64,000 nucleotides of DNA from Candidatus Latescibacterota bacterium. Lineage in GTDB: Bacteria; Latescibacterota; UBA2968; UBA8231. Within the stretch, counting starts at the first letter, position 1; every line of letters begins with the position of its first letter. Of the stretch, positions 37,164 through 47,120 are shown piece after piece. A model generated the notes under the pieces. That model was given only the letters and a program-made list of their open reading frames with translations. It had not been told where the DNA came from and did no database searches. The stretch is taken from positions 2,080,001 through 2,144,000 of the forward strand of contig CBDFJF010000001.1 of NCBI GenBank assembly GCA_965248265.1, in the 5' to 3' direction. The position numbers and the translations under genes were made by a program.

Positions 37164-37564
37164 TGACTCCTCTACATGTCTCACCCCGTTCGCGACTCGT
37201 TGCCCTCGTACTCTGTTTCTTCGCCGGTTTTCTTGGCGCTCACCGGTTTTACGTCGGCAAGACCGGCACGGCCCTGCTCATGCTGGTCACCTTTGGCGGA
37301 TTTGGTCTGTGGACCCTCATCGATTTCATCCTCATAGGGCTCGGTTCGTTCGCGGATGACCGGGGGTACCTGCTGCTGAGGTGGAGTGTCGAGGAGCCGA
37401 CATCGAGCGTCGAGGTGCCATCTCGGAGTGAGGTGCCGCCCGAACCCGATGTACCCGCCCGACGGGAGCTGGTGACGAGGATGGACCGGATCGATGGTGA
37501 ATTGTGCGACCTGCAATCGATCATGACGAGAATAGACGGGAGACTCGAACGTCCTCGATTGTGA
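37163..37564 (+). CDS. TM2-domain membrane protein with C-terminal coiled coil
   Basis: SRLVALVLCFF.G.LGAHRFYVGK.GT..L...T.GG.G.W..IDFI.I..G.F.D..G; start overlaps pspA2 stop (TGATG). Confidence 0.88.
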   Translation: MTPLHVSPRSRLVALVLCFFAGFLGAHRFYVGKTGTALLMLVTFGGFGLWTLIDFILIGLGSFADDRGYLLLRWSVEEPTSSVEVPSRSEVPPEPDVPARRELVTRMDRIDGELCDLQSIMTRIDGRLERPRL

Positions 37565-37590
37565 GAGGCCCACGCCTACTTGTACCTACC

Positions 37591-38583
37591 TCAAAGATCT
37601 ACGCGTTCACCTGTCCGTGCCGATTCGAAAATCGCCTCTACGATCGCGATGGTGCCCAGTGCGTTGGTCGCAGGAACGGCCAGCTGTTTGTTGTCGAGCA
37701 AGACATCGTGGAAATGTTCGATTGCCGGGGTGAAGGGATGTCGGCCGTCGCCGAAGGGGTAGCGCACTTCGCTATCAGGAGTCTGTACCAATAAATAGGA
37801 ACCGTTGCGGGGGTGGTATGGTTGGGGAACGTTGATGAAACCCTTCTCGCCGTAGATGGCCGCGCCTTGACCACCTGTACCATCCATGGCCATCTGGATC
37901 GTGGCAAAGCGGCCATCAGAGAATTCCGCAACGGCGCTTGTCCGTATGTCGACCCCATACTCTGGATCGATGAGGCAGGCCCCCTGCACGGCGATCGGCT
38001 CTTCACCGAACACGAACCGCGTAAAGGTTATCGGGTAGACGCCGCCATCCAGCAGACCACCACCACCCAGTTCCCTGTTAAGTCGAATGTTATTGGAGGG
38101 ACGCGGGATGCGAAAATCCATGTAGGCGTGTGTGGCCGTGATCTCTCCGATGGCGCTACTGTCCAGGATCTGGCGAAGCTTCAGGGTCTGTTCATGAAAC
38201 AGGAACACGAACGCCTCAACCAGCTTCACGCCGGCACGTTCGCAGCTATCCGACATGCTGGTGATTTCGTCCGCTGACATGGCAAGCGGTTTTTCACAGA
38301 AAACGTGTTTGCCATTCTCGGCAGCCTTGATCGTCCACTCCGCGTGCATGGTGTTGGGGAGCGGGTTGTAGAGCGCGTCGATCTCGTCGCTTTCCAGAAG
38401 GCTTGTGTAGTCATCGCACACGACTGGGATGTCGTGCTTCTTGGCGAAGGCGTCAGCCTTGCTGCGATCTCGGCTGGCGACGGCGGCCAGCTCACCACGA
38501 TCGGTCTCACGAAGCGCGGGGATGAATGATCTTTCGGCGATAGCCGCGGTGCTGATGATGCCCCATCGGATCTTGTTCGGCAT
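37591..38583 (-). CDS. Gfo/Idh/MocA family oxidoreductase
   Basis: IRWGIISTA.IA, YNPLPN..H.EW, GKHVFCEKP, GGG.LLD.G.Y. Confidence 0.92.
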   Translation of the reverse strand: MPNKIRWGIISTAAIAERSFIPALRETDRGELAAVASRDRSKADAFAKKHDIPVVCDDYTSLLESDEIDALYNPLPNTMHAEWTIKAAENGKHVFCEKPLAMSADEITSMSDSCERAGVKLVEAFVFLFHEQTLKLRQILDSSAIGEITATHAYMDFRIPRPSNNIRLNRELGGGGLLDGGVYPITFTRFVFGEEPIAVQGACLIDPEYGVDIRTSAVAEFSDGRFATIQMAMDGTGGQGAAIYGEKGFINVPQPYHPRNGSYLLVQTPDSEVRYPFGDGRHPFTPAIEHFHDVLLDNKQLAVPATNALGTIAIVEAIFESARTGERVDL

Positions 38584-38914
38584 GGTCAGATTGCTTTCAA
38601 TGTGTGAATTCCATTTGGTTGCGGACCTACCTGGCTAAATCATGGGCAGTATATGAAATACTGGATTGAACTGCTGAACTGAGAAGTCGATCGGTATAAC
38701 CTGGACCTGACCGAAAGCCATCAGCATGTTTCCAGGCCGCGACCCTGCACTTGCGACGACCTGTGGGGACGAGTGTCTACAGGAGTGCCCGTTACACTGT
38801 GATCTGAAATCCTCGATGATGGGTGCCGCAGCTCTTCTATCGCGAGGATGCTAGCGCCCACTCTGGATCCACCCTAGTGAAAACACTGCATACTCGACCT
38901 ATACTCTGATCCCC

Positions 38915-39694
38915 ATGGGTACATCAAACACAGAGGACTGGTTTCCGGGTCGAGTAGCACTGGTTACCGGCGCATCATCCGGCATAGGCCTCGAGATCGC
39001 CGTGGCGCTGGGAGCCGCAGGCGCGAAGGTGGGTGTCAACTACCGTGCCAATCGAGAGAGCGCCGAGGGTACACGGGAGAAAATCGAGGCCTCTGGCGGC
39101 CAGGCCGTCGCCATTCAGGCCGACGTCAGCCGCACCGAGGACGTAGCCCGCCTGTTCGACGAACTCGCTTCGGCGTTTGGTGATCGGATCGACATGCTGG
39201 TCAACAACGCCGGCGACTGGATGCCGAAGAGCCTGATCGTTGACTGTGACGATGCAACCTGGGAGCGAATGTTGGCCGTGAACACGACCAGCGTGTTTCT
39301 GTGCTGCCGCACTGCCGCGAGCAAGATGGTCGCTCAGGGCGAGGGGTCGATCGTCAATATCGGCTCGGTAGCCGGACACACGGGTGGGGGCGGCGGCACC
39401 GTGCCCTACGCGGCGGCGAAGGCGGCCGTGCACACCTTCACCCGCGGCCTGGCACGAGAACTCGGACCCAAAGGCGTCCGCGTCAACTGCGTCGCGCCGG
39501 GCATGATCGCCACCCCCATGCTGGAGGGCCGTGTCACACAGGAAGCGCACGAGGCATTGACAGGGATGACACCGCTTGGCCGCTTCGGCCAGGCGCACGA
39601 AATAGCGCCGATCGTCCTGACCCTGCTCTCCCCGGCCGCATCGTTCATGACCGGCGAAGTGGTGCAGGTGGACGGCGGCCTGTTGATGCGATGA
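38915..39694 (+). CDS. Short-chain dehydrogenase/reductase
   Basis: TGASSGIG, LVNNAG, YAAAK, VRVNCVAPG, VDGG. Confidence 0.92.
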   Translation: MGTSNTEDWFPGRVALVTGASSGIGLEIAVALGAAGAKVGVNYRANRESAEGTREKIEASGGQAVAIQADVSRTEDVARLFDELASAFGDRIDMLVNNAGDWMPKSLIVDCDDATWERMLAVNTTSVFLCCRTAASKMVAQGEGSIVNIGSVAGHTGGGGGTVPYAAAKAAVHTFTRGLARELGPKGVRVNCVAPGMIATPMLEGRVTQEAHEALTGMTPLGRFGQAHEIAPIVLTLLSPAASFMTGEVVQVDGGLLMR

Positions 39695-39744
39695 CGATCA
39701 AACCGTCAGCAATCTCACCTCATTTGACAAGGCGCTGAATCTCG

Positions 39745-40584
39745 ATGATCAAACTCAGTCTGCAATCCCTTTCTTTCGGACACACATTCAACGCCGGCGA
39801 AATTGACCTCGTGGGTATCATCGACAAGGCTGCTGAGTTGCGGATGGACGGCGTGGACCTGCACTTCCAGCACTTTGCTTCCACTGACGACGATTATCTC
39901 GAGCACTTGCGCCATCTTTGCCTCAGGCAGGGCCTGCACGTCTGCTACATCGGCATCAGCAATAACTTTCTCAAGACAGGCGCTGAATACGATGAGCAAA
40001 TCCAGCTCTGCAAAGACTGGATCGATGTGGCGGCAAGGATGGGCGTCCCCATGGTCAGGCTGTTCGGTGGCTGGCTGAACGAAGGGCAGACGGAGGAGGA
40101 GGCTTGGCCTCAGTTGGTGGCGGCGACGAAGGAGGTCGTGGCGTACGGACGCTCGAAGCACACCGTGTGCGCGCTGCACAACCACAACCACGGTTGCATT
40201 CCTGCCACGGGCGATCAAGTCGTCCGCATCCTCGATGAAATCGACGACCAGTACTACTCGCACATCCTCGACACCGGTCAGTACCGCGGCTCACCCGGTG
40301 CCTCCTTCGGCGAGCGCGGCAAAGAGGACCCCCAGTACGACTTTTACGGCAGCATCGCCACCAGCGCCCCGCGAGCCGCCCAGGTACGTGCCAAGATCTA
40401 TCGCATTGTCTCGGGCACTGAGGCCTGGCTCGATTACGAGCGCATCATGCCCATTTTGAAGAGCGTGGGGTTCAACGGTTGGATGTCATTGGTATTCGAA
40501 GGCCAGGATGAGCTCGACGAACCCACCGCCATGCCGCTGGCCAACCAGTATCTGCGCGATCTGCTGACAAGGCACGAGATGTGA
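39745..40584 (+). CDS. Sugar phosphate isomerase/epimerase family (AP endonuclease 2 TIM barrel)
   Basis: DGVD, WID.AA..G.P.VR.F.G, HNH, LDTG, LDY..I..IL...GFNG..S..FEG. Confidence 0.82.
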   Translation: MIKLSLQSLSFGHTFNAGEIDLVGIIDKAAELRMDGVDLHFQHFASTDDDYLEHLRHLCLRQGLHVCYIGISNNFLKTGAEYDEQIQLCKDWIDVAARMGVPMVRLFGGWLNEGQTEEEAWPQLVAATKEVVAYGRSKHTVCALHNHNHGCIPATGDQVVRILDEIDDQYYSHILDTGQYRGSPGASFGERGKEDPQYDFYGSIATSAPRAAQVRAKIYRIVSGTEAWLDYERIMPILKSVGFNGWMSLVFEGQDELDEPTAMPLANQYLRDLLTRHEM

Positions 40585-42065
40585 GCAGCCCTAACATCCT
40601 GCTCATTCTCACCGACCAGCAGCGCACCGATTCACTCGGTTTCATGGGCCGGACACCTTGCAGCACACCGAACATGGATCGCATTGCCCGCGAAGGGATC
40701 TCCTTCGACCGCGCCATATGCTCAAGTCCTCTCTGTCTGCCGTCGAGGGCATCCATTTTCACGGGCCAGTACCCGCACCAGATCGACATGATGCGGAACA
40801 GCGACACCCTTCGCGCCGAGCCGACACTCACGGAACGGCTCAGAGCGCAGGGGTATTACACTGCCTATGCCGGGAAATGGCATCTGGAACCATCCGGCCA
40901 ACCCAAGGCCTTCAGAGGCAGAGGAAAAGAGTTGGGGTTGAGCCAGTTTCAATCTGACGCGGCACCCGCAGGTCAACGGGTAGTAGACCGCTGGTTCGAC
41001 ATTGCCGAAGGGCAAGCGAATGCGGACTACAGCGAATGGTGCGAGCAAAACGGTCTGCCCGACGGCTGGCCCGTCTCCGACCCGGACGTGCGTACCCATC
41101 GCACGCCCTCGATGACGACACCAAAAACTAAGGTGCAGGACCTGCCGCCCGACAAAACCTACGATGCCTGGGTCACCGACATCGCTCTTCGCTTCTATCA
41201 AGATCGACCCAAAGACCAGCCGTTTTTCCTGGTGTCCAGTTGGTTCGGGCCCCACCCGCCCTTCCTGATCCCGGAGCCCTACTACAGCATGTACGACTCC
41301 AGCGATATTCCCGAACCACCCAACTTCGGTCCGCGACCAAAAGCGCCCCGTTCCAATACCACCAATTTCTACCACCAACTCTGGCACGACCACGGTGATG
41401 ACTGGCAAGCATGGAAGAAATCGATGGCCGTTTACTGGGGGTATGTAACAATGATGGATGCCTTGGTGGGCCGGCTGCTGCAAGCATTGGAAAGCGATGG
41501 AATCCTCGACGACACCCTGGTCGTCTTTGCCTCCGATCACGGCGAAATGCTGGGCAGTCACGGCCAGTGGCATAAGATGATGCCTTATGAAGAGAGCCTG
41601 CGGGTGCCGCTGTTGATGCGCTATCCGGAACGGATCCAACCCGGTCTGCGCAGCACAGCGCTATCATCGTTGATCGACATCCCCGCTACGATTCTATCGG
41701 TCACCGATGAGACCATCCCGGATGAGTACGAAGGATGCGACCTGTCCCCGGCCTTTACGGACGGCGCCGAGTTTCAGGAGGACGCCTACCGGTTCTCGGA
41801 ACACCAACCACTGGGCGAGTGGCACCGTGCTACTGATTTTCGACTGGTTATCGATGAGCGCTACAAGTACGTCTGGAACAACAACGACCTGAACCAGTTG
41901 TACGATCTGGAAAGCGACCCCTTCGAGCTCGTCAACCTGATCGATGTTCCGAGTGCTGCCGAAGAGCTTATCCGGCTTCGCAGCCGCCTGCATCGCTGGA
42001 TGGTCGAAACCAGTGATCCACTCTTGGAAAACTTCACCCGTCAGTTAGGTATAGAAAGTGAATGA
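40581..42065 (+). CDS. Sulfatase (Cys-type, S1 family)
   Basis: PNILLILTDQQR, CLPSRASIFTG, GKWHL, SDHGEMLG.H, YEES.RVPL, LYDL..DP.E..NL. Confidence 0.92.
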   Translation: MSSPNILLILTDQQRTDSLGFMGRTPCSTPNMDRIAREGISFDRAICSSPLCLPSRASIFTGQYPHQIDMMRNSDTLRAEPTLTERLRAQGYYTAYAGKWHLEPSGQPKAFRGRGKELGLSQFQSDAAPAGQRVVDRWFDIAEGQANADYSEWCEQNGLPDGWPVSDPDVRTHRTPSMTTPKTKVQDLPPDKTYDAWVTDIALRFYQDRPKDQPFFLVSSWFGPHPPFLIPEPYYSMYDSSDIPEPPNFGPRPKAPRSNTTNFYHQLWHDHGDDWQAWKKSMAVYWGYVTMMDALVGRLLQALESDGILDDTLVVFASDHGEMLGSHGQWHKMMPYEESLRVPLLMRYPERIQPGLRSTALSSLIDIPATILSVTDETIPDEYEGCDLSPAFTDGAEFQEDAYRFSEHQPLGEWHRATDFRLVIDERYKYVWNNNDLNQLYDLESDPFELVNLIDVPSAAEELIRLRSRLHRWMVETSDPLLENFTRQLGIESE

Positions 42066-43413
42066 GCGTCCCAACATTCTGATCATCACGTGCCACGACC
42101 TCGGCGACTACCTGGGTTGTTATGGCACTCCGGTGACCACTCCCAACCTGGATGCCCTGGCCGGACAGGGTATGGTCTTTCAGAATCACTTCGCCGCCGC
42201 CTCCATCTGCAGCCCCAGTCGCGGTTCACTGATGACCGGATGCTATCCTCACACGCACGGGTTAATGGGACTGGTTCCACGAGGTTGGGAAATGGATGTG
42301 GATCGGTGTCCGGCTCTGCCCCGGATCCTCCAGGATACCGGCTATCAAACACACCTTTTCGGTATTCAACACGAGCACTGGGACCCCCAGCGAGTGGGTT
42401 ACGCCCACGTGCATCCGGTCGCATCAACCTGCAGTGATGATGTCGCGCCCGTTTTCGCAGACTGGGTTCGGCAAAGAGATCAAACGGGGCCATCATTCCT
42501 CGCCAATATTGGATTGTTTGAGCCGCATCGCTTCGGTCTGGCGAGTCAGGGTTACGACCAGGCGTTGCTGGGCACCGTTCCCTCCCATTTCAGACGCGGG
42601 GTCTACGGATCCGCAGATCCGGCCGAGGTCGAGGTTCGTCCCTATCTGCCCGACATTCCCGAGATGCAGCAGGAAGTAGCCGACTTCTATGGCGCCGTCG
42701 AGTTCATGGATCATCACGTGGGTACGGTGCTGCAGGCTCTGGATGATGCTGGTTTGACCGAAAGCACCCTGGTCCTCTTCGCCACCGACCACGGTGCGTC
42801 GTTCCCACACTCGAAGGGCACGCTCTACGATGGCGGCACCAAAGTCGCCTGCATGATGCGCTGGCCCGGCCATCTTCCGGTAGGCGGCAGCGTGACAGAG
42901 TTGACCAGCCACGTCGATATGCTGCCAACGCTGCTGGAGTTGTTGAATCTGCCCGTGCCGAGCCACTGTCAGGGGCACAGTTTCACCGATGTGGTTCAGC
43001 GCACGCCAGGCGCGGGACGCGAATTCGTCTATGCGGAGAAGAACTATACCCAGTATTACGATCCCGCGCGGATGATCCGCTCGAATTCATTCAAGTACAT
43101 ACGCAAGGGTCTCAAGACCTGCATTTTCGACTTTGTTCTGACCGAAATCGAACTGAGCCCGGCCAACTTTCGTACCAGCAAAGCGGTTTTCGATTTTTAC
43201 TCTTCCCTGCGAACCACTGAGGAACTCTACGACCTCAACCTCGATCCAGCCGAGATGAGCAATCTGGCCGATGATCCGGCGCACCGGGACACGCTCCATG
43301 CAATGCAGACGGCCCTGGATGTCCATCTCGAATCCACGGATGATCCGTTCAGGCATCTGCGCCATGATCTGCTCATGCCGGCGGATGTGTACGCGGCCGT
43401 GAAGGGATCATGA
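42058..43413 (+). CDS. Sulfatase (sulfamidase/N-sulfatase-like)
   Basis: PNIL.I..HDLG, CSPSRGSLMTG, TDHG..FP..KGTLYD.G, ELYDL..DP.E..NLA. Confidence 0.9.
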   Translation: MNERPNILIITCHDLGDYLGCYGTPVTTPNLDALAGQGMVFQNHFAAASICSPSRGSLMTGCYPHTHGLMGLVPRGWEMDVDRCPALPRILQDTGYQTHLFGIQHEHWDPQRVGYAHVHPVASTCSDDVAPVFADWVRQRDQTGPSFLANIGLFEPHRFGLASQGYDQALLGTVPSHFRRGVYGSADPAEVEVRPYLPDIPEMQQEVADFYGAVEFMDHHVGTVLQALDDAGLTESTLVLFATDHGASFPHSKGTLYDGGTKVACMMRWPGHLPVGGSVTELTSHVDMLPTLLELLNLPVPSHCQGHSFTDVVQRTPGAGREFVYAEKNYTQYYDPARMIRSNSFKYIRKGLKTCIFDFVLTEIELSPANFRTSKAVFDFYSSLRTTEELYDLNLDPAEMSNLADDPAHRDTLHAMQTALDVHLESTDDPFRHLRHDLLMPADVYAAVKGS

Positions 43414-43532
43414 GTATTTGCGAATGCCAAACCGATTCATAGATTGGATGCCTCCGTGGCACCGCAGTTGAGAGCGCCATGTACCGAACGACACTTGAGT
43501 GTCGTCCCTGCACACAAGGTCGAGACCACCAT

Positions 43533-46500
43533 ATGGTAGCACTCCGGCAAGAGGTCTTCTGGACAACCAGACAGGTGCTCGTGGTCCTCTTCCTGTTTGC
43601 TCCAGGCGTCTTGCAGGCCGCTGTCGAGCCCGACCCAAAATCCTCCAACCACTTGACATCCAGCAACAACGGCACCGGTCACTGGCGCACCTACACCGCT
43701 GAGGATGGCCTGGCCCATGGCAATGTGAATGCCCTGCTCCAGGACCGTGCGGGGTACCTCTGGATCGGTACCCGGGGTGGAGTGAGCCGTTTTGACGGCC
43801 GCAGATTCGTGAGCTTCACCACTACTGACGGACTTGGCCACGACAATGCAAAGGCCGTCATCCAGGATCGGTCGGGGGATGTGTGGGTCGGCACAGATGC
43901 CGGAGTGAGCCGTTTCGACGGTGAGTCCTGGACGACCTACACGACTGAGGATGGATTGGCTCACAGCGAAGTTCAGGCGCTGATGGTGGATCGTTCAGGT
44001 GCGGTATGGGTGGGCACCGACGGCGGAGTGAACCGCATCGACGGTGAGCTCTGGACGACCTTCACCACTAGGGATGGGCTGGCCGCGGGCGAGGTGGAGG
44101 TGTTCCTGGAGGACCGATCGGGCGCCGTATGGGTGGGCACGGAAGGAGGTGGAGTCAGTCGTTTCGACGGCGAGAGCTGGAAGACCTATACCATGGCCGA
44201 TGGGCTGGCCTACGACAAGGTGAAGGGGATTGCTCAGGACCATAATGGCAACCTGTGGTTCGCCACCGAGGGCGGGGTGAGCCGATTCGACGGAAAGCTG
44301 TGGAAGACTTACCAGACAACCGATGGCCTGACCGACGATGAGGTTGAAGCGGTCCTGACGGACCGGGAGGGCAACCTCTGGTTCGGGACCGAGGGAGGCG
44401 GTGTGAGCCACTTCGACGGGGAGCTGTGGACGACCTACACCACGGCTGATGGTTTGGCGGGAGACATGGTAGAGGTGCTTTTGGAGGATCGGGAGGGCAA
44501 TCTGTGGATGGGCACCAAGGGCGATGGCCTGAGCTGTTTCGCCGGGCAGAGTTGGACGACCTACACCACCCGTGATGGTCTGGGCTTCGACAAGGTGAAG
44601 TCGGTACTACAGGATCCAGCGGGAAATATGTGGATCGCCACGGATGGCGGCGGCGTGAGCCGCTTCGACGGACTTACCTGGACGACCTACACGACGGCCG
44701 ATGGTCTGGTCTACGATGAGGTAGAATCGGTTCTGATAGATCGGGAAGGCCACTTCTGGTTTGGCACCGAAGGCAGAGGAGTGAGTCGGTTCGACGGGCA
44801 GAACTGGACGAGCTACACCACAGACAATGGCCTGCCGCACGGAGAGGTAGAGGCCCTTTTTGAGGATGTGTCGGGTGCTATCTGGTTCGGCACCGATGGG
44901 GGCGGCGTGTGCCGCTTTGACGGGGAGACGTGGAAGACCTACTCCACCACCGATGGGCTGGCCCACAACGAGGTGAAGGAGATACTCCAGGATCGAGACG
45001 AGAACCTGTGGTTCGCCACCGAAAATGGGGTGAGTCGCTTCGGGAGGGACGGATGGAGGAGTTATACGACCAGAGATGGGCTCCCCCATGAGCGCATCGA
45101 CGCGGTGTACCTGGACGGGCAGGATCGTCTCTGGTTCGGTTCGAAGGGTGGGGCTACCCGGTTTGACGGGGAGAATTGGAGGACCTACACCACGGCAGAC
45201 GGGCTGGTCAACGACAAAGTGTCGGATATCACCCAGGACGATGACGGACACATCTGGTTCGCCACCGGCGGTGGGGTGAGCCGTTTCGACGGGCACAACT
45301 GGACCAGCTACAACGTGGCTGACGGTCTTGTCCACGATCACGTGGGGACGGTCTACCAGGATCGAGAGGGGCGTTTCTGGTTTGGCACGTTGGGTGGCCT
45401 CAGCCGCTTCGTCCCTCCTCCCCCTACTTCGCCGCTGGTTTCAATCGATGCGATTGTTGCTGACCAACGATACACAGCGTCCTCGAAACCGGCCATTCCG
45501 GCAGGTGAGCACCTGATCGCCTTAGAGTTCAGCGCCATCAGCTTCAAGACCCGCCCGGAGGCGATGCGCTACATCTATCGTCTGAAGGGCTACGAGGAGG
45601 AGTGGCAGAGCTCCCACATCCCGCGCGTCGAATACCCCCAGCTACCCGCGGGTGACTACACCTTCGAGGTCAATGCGATCGACCGTGACCTCGTCAGCTC
45701 TCAAAGACCGGCCACTGCGCAACTGCGGGTGCGCGTGGATTACACGTGGATTGGTGTGTGGACGCTTCTGAGCGGCGCGCTCGTGCTCATCGTCCTGCAG
45801 TCAGTGCGGGTCGTACGTCGCGGGCACACTCTCCAGAGACTTCACGGCGACCTGCAGCTGGCAAACGAGGAACTGGAACTACGCGTCGAGGAGCGAACCG
45901 CCGAACTGAGCTCGACCAACGAGCAATTACAGGTCGAAATCGCCGAGCGCAAACAGATGGAGGAGGACCTGCGCCGGTACCAGAAAATGGAGTTGATCGG
46001 CGAGCTATCGGCGGGAATCGCCCACAATTTCAACAATGTGCTCCAGGGAATGATCGGCGGCCTCGAGGTCTCCATCCTCAAGGCTACGCCGTCTCAGCAA
46101 ACCGCTCTGACCAAGGTCGTCGAGATGGCCGAGCGGGGGGCCAGCGTAGTGCGTCAACTCATGCTGTTCGGCCAACCGGTCAGGACGTCAGATTTGAGGC
46201 CGATCGATTTGCGGATGGTGATCGAGAACACGGTGGGATTGTGCCACAAATCGTTTGACCAGAGGATCGAGGTCAAGGTCGAATGGTCCGAGATCCTTCC
46301 CGCTATCCAGGGGGACGTTGGACAGCTGGAGCAGGTCCTGTTGAATCTGTGTCTCAACGCGCGGGACGCACTTATGGAGGCGGAGCGCGAGGCCTGGTAC
46401 GTGCGCATCGCCGTGGACACGTGTGTTGTCAGGACCGAGGATCTGCCGAGAAACATGGACCTGGCGGTTGGCGTGTACGGAAGGGTGCAGGTGGAGGACA

Positions 46501-47117
46501 ACGGTGCGGGCATGGACGAGGCCACCCAGGAACGCATCTTCGAGCCATTCTTCACCACCAAGGAAGTGGACCAAGGTTCGGGTTTGGGGTTGGCGACGGT
46601 CTATGCCATCGTTCGCGATCACGGTGGATGGGTCGAATGCGAAAGCGAGGTGGGGGTTGGCACGACGGTGTCGATCTATCTGCCGACGCTGCGCCAGCAG
46701 GGTGTGATCGAACCGTCGCAACCCGAGCAAACGCCGGTCCAACGGGGAACGGAGACTATCCTCGTGATCGACGACGAGCCCATGGTGCGGCAGTTTCTGT
46801 GCTCCTTCCTCGATCAATGCGGGTACGGTGCTCTGGAGGCAGCTGACGGCCTGGAAGGACTCGAGGTGTTGCGCCGGGAGGAGGTCGATCTGGTGCTGCT
46901 GGATCTGTCGATGCCGCGGATGCCGGGCCGCGAGGTGCTGGAGCGGATTCAAGCCGAGTTTCCGCACGTACGGGTGATCATCTTTACGGGCTATGCCACG
47001 CGCATGGAAGAATTCGCCGGAGCTCACGGCGTCTTGCAGAAACCGCTGCCGCCCAAGGCGGTAACCAACAAAGTACGTGAAGTGTTGGATGGGTCCATCC
47101 TAACCGGAGGTTCCTGA
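43533..47117 (+). CDS. Hybrid sensor histidine kinase (14 regulator-propeller repeats, Y_Y_Y, TM, HisKA, HATPase, REC)
   Basis: 14 W.TYT..DGL....V...Dr.G.lW.gT.GGVSRFDG repeats; YIYRLKG..Y..L..G.YTFEV; GIAHNFNN, NLCLNARDA, FEPFFTTK, GSGLGL; REC LLDLSMP. Start uncertain (ORF open from 43479). Confidence 0.92.
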   Translation: MVALRQEVFWTTRQVLVVLFLFAPGVLQAAVEPDPKSSNHLTSSNNGTGHWRTYTAEDGLAHGNVNALLQDRAGYLWIGTRGGVSRFDGRRFVSFTTTDGLGHDNAKAVIQDRSGDVWVGTDAGVSRFDGESWTTYTTEDGLAHSEVQALMVDRSGAVWVGTDGGVNRIDGELWTTFTTRDGLAAGEVEVFLEDRSGAVWVGTEGGGVSRFDGESWKTYTMADGLAYDKVKGIAQDHNGNLWFATEGGVSRFDGKLWKTYQTTDGLTDDEVEAVLTDREGNLWFGTEGGGVSHFDGELWTTYTTADGLAGDMVEVLLEDREGNLWMGTKGDGLSCFAGQSWTTYTTRDGLGFDKVKSVLQDPAGNMWIATDGGGVSRFDGLTWTTYTTADGLVYDEVESVLIDREGHFWFGTEGRGVSRFDGQNWTSYTTDNGLPHGEVEALFEDVSGAIWFGTDGGGVCRFDGETWKTYSTTDGLAHNEVKEILQDRDENLWFATENGVSRFGRDGWRSYTTRDGLPHERIDAVYLDGQDRLWFGSKGGATRFDGENWRTYTTADGLVNDKVSDITQDDDGHIWFATGGGVSRFDGHNWTSYNVADGLVHDHVGTVYQDREGRFWFGTLGGLSRFVPPPPTSPLVSIDAIVADQRYTASSKPAIPAGEHLIALEFSAISFKTRPEAMRYIYRLKGYEEEWQSSHIPRVEYPQLPAGDYTFEVNAIDRDLVSSQRPATAQLRVRVDYTWIGVWTLLSGALVLIVLQSVRVVRRGHTLQRLHGDLQLANEELELRVEERTAELSSTNEQLQVEIAERKQMEEDLRRYQKMELIGELSAGIAHNFNNVLQGMIGGLEVSILKATPSQQTALTKVVEMAERGASVVRQLMLFGQPVRTSDLRPIDLRMVIENTVGLCHKSFDQRIEVKVEWSEILPAIQGDVGQLEQVLLNLCLNARDALMEAEREAWYVRIAVDTCVVRTEDLPRNMDLAVGVYGRVQVEDNGAGMDEATQERIFEPFFTTKEVDQGSGLGLATVYAIVRDHGGWVECESEVGVGTTVSIYLPTLRQQGVIEPSQPEQTPVQRGTETILVIDDEPMVRQFLCSFLDQCGYGALEAADGLEGLEVLRREEVDLVLLDLSMPRMPGREVLERIQAEFPHVRVIIFTGYATRMEEFAGAHGVLQKPLPPKAVTNKVREVLDGSILTGGS

Positions 47118-47120
47118 CCC

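Noticed and set aside
38647-38663. Palindrome CAGTAT-ATGAA-ATACTG as a LexA box or named operator
   Set aside because: It does not match CTGT-N8-ACAG, occurs once, and no regulator is nearby to assign it to
39745-40584. DUF692/MNIO enzyme that could modify the YceI Cys tail
   Set aside because: Same broad TIM-barrel superfamily, but the motifs and context (SDR, sulfatases) fit a sugar phosphate isomerase, and it lies 20 kb away
43680-45410. DNA-level repeat array or diversity-generating target in the hybrid kinase
   Set aside because: The repeats are ordinary in-frame propeller blades of about 42 aa; no reverse transcriptase or adenine-specific variation was seen
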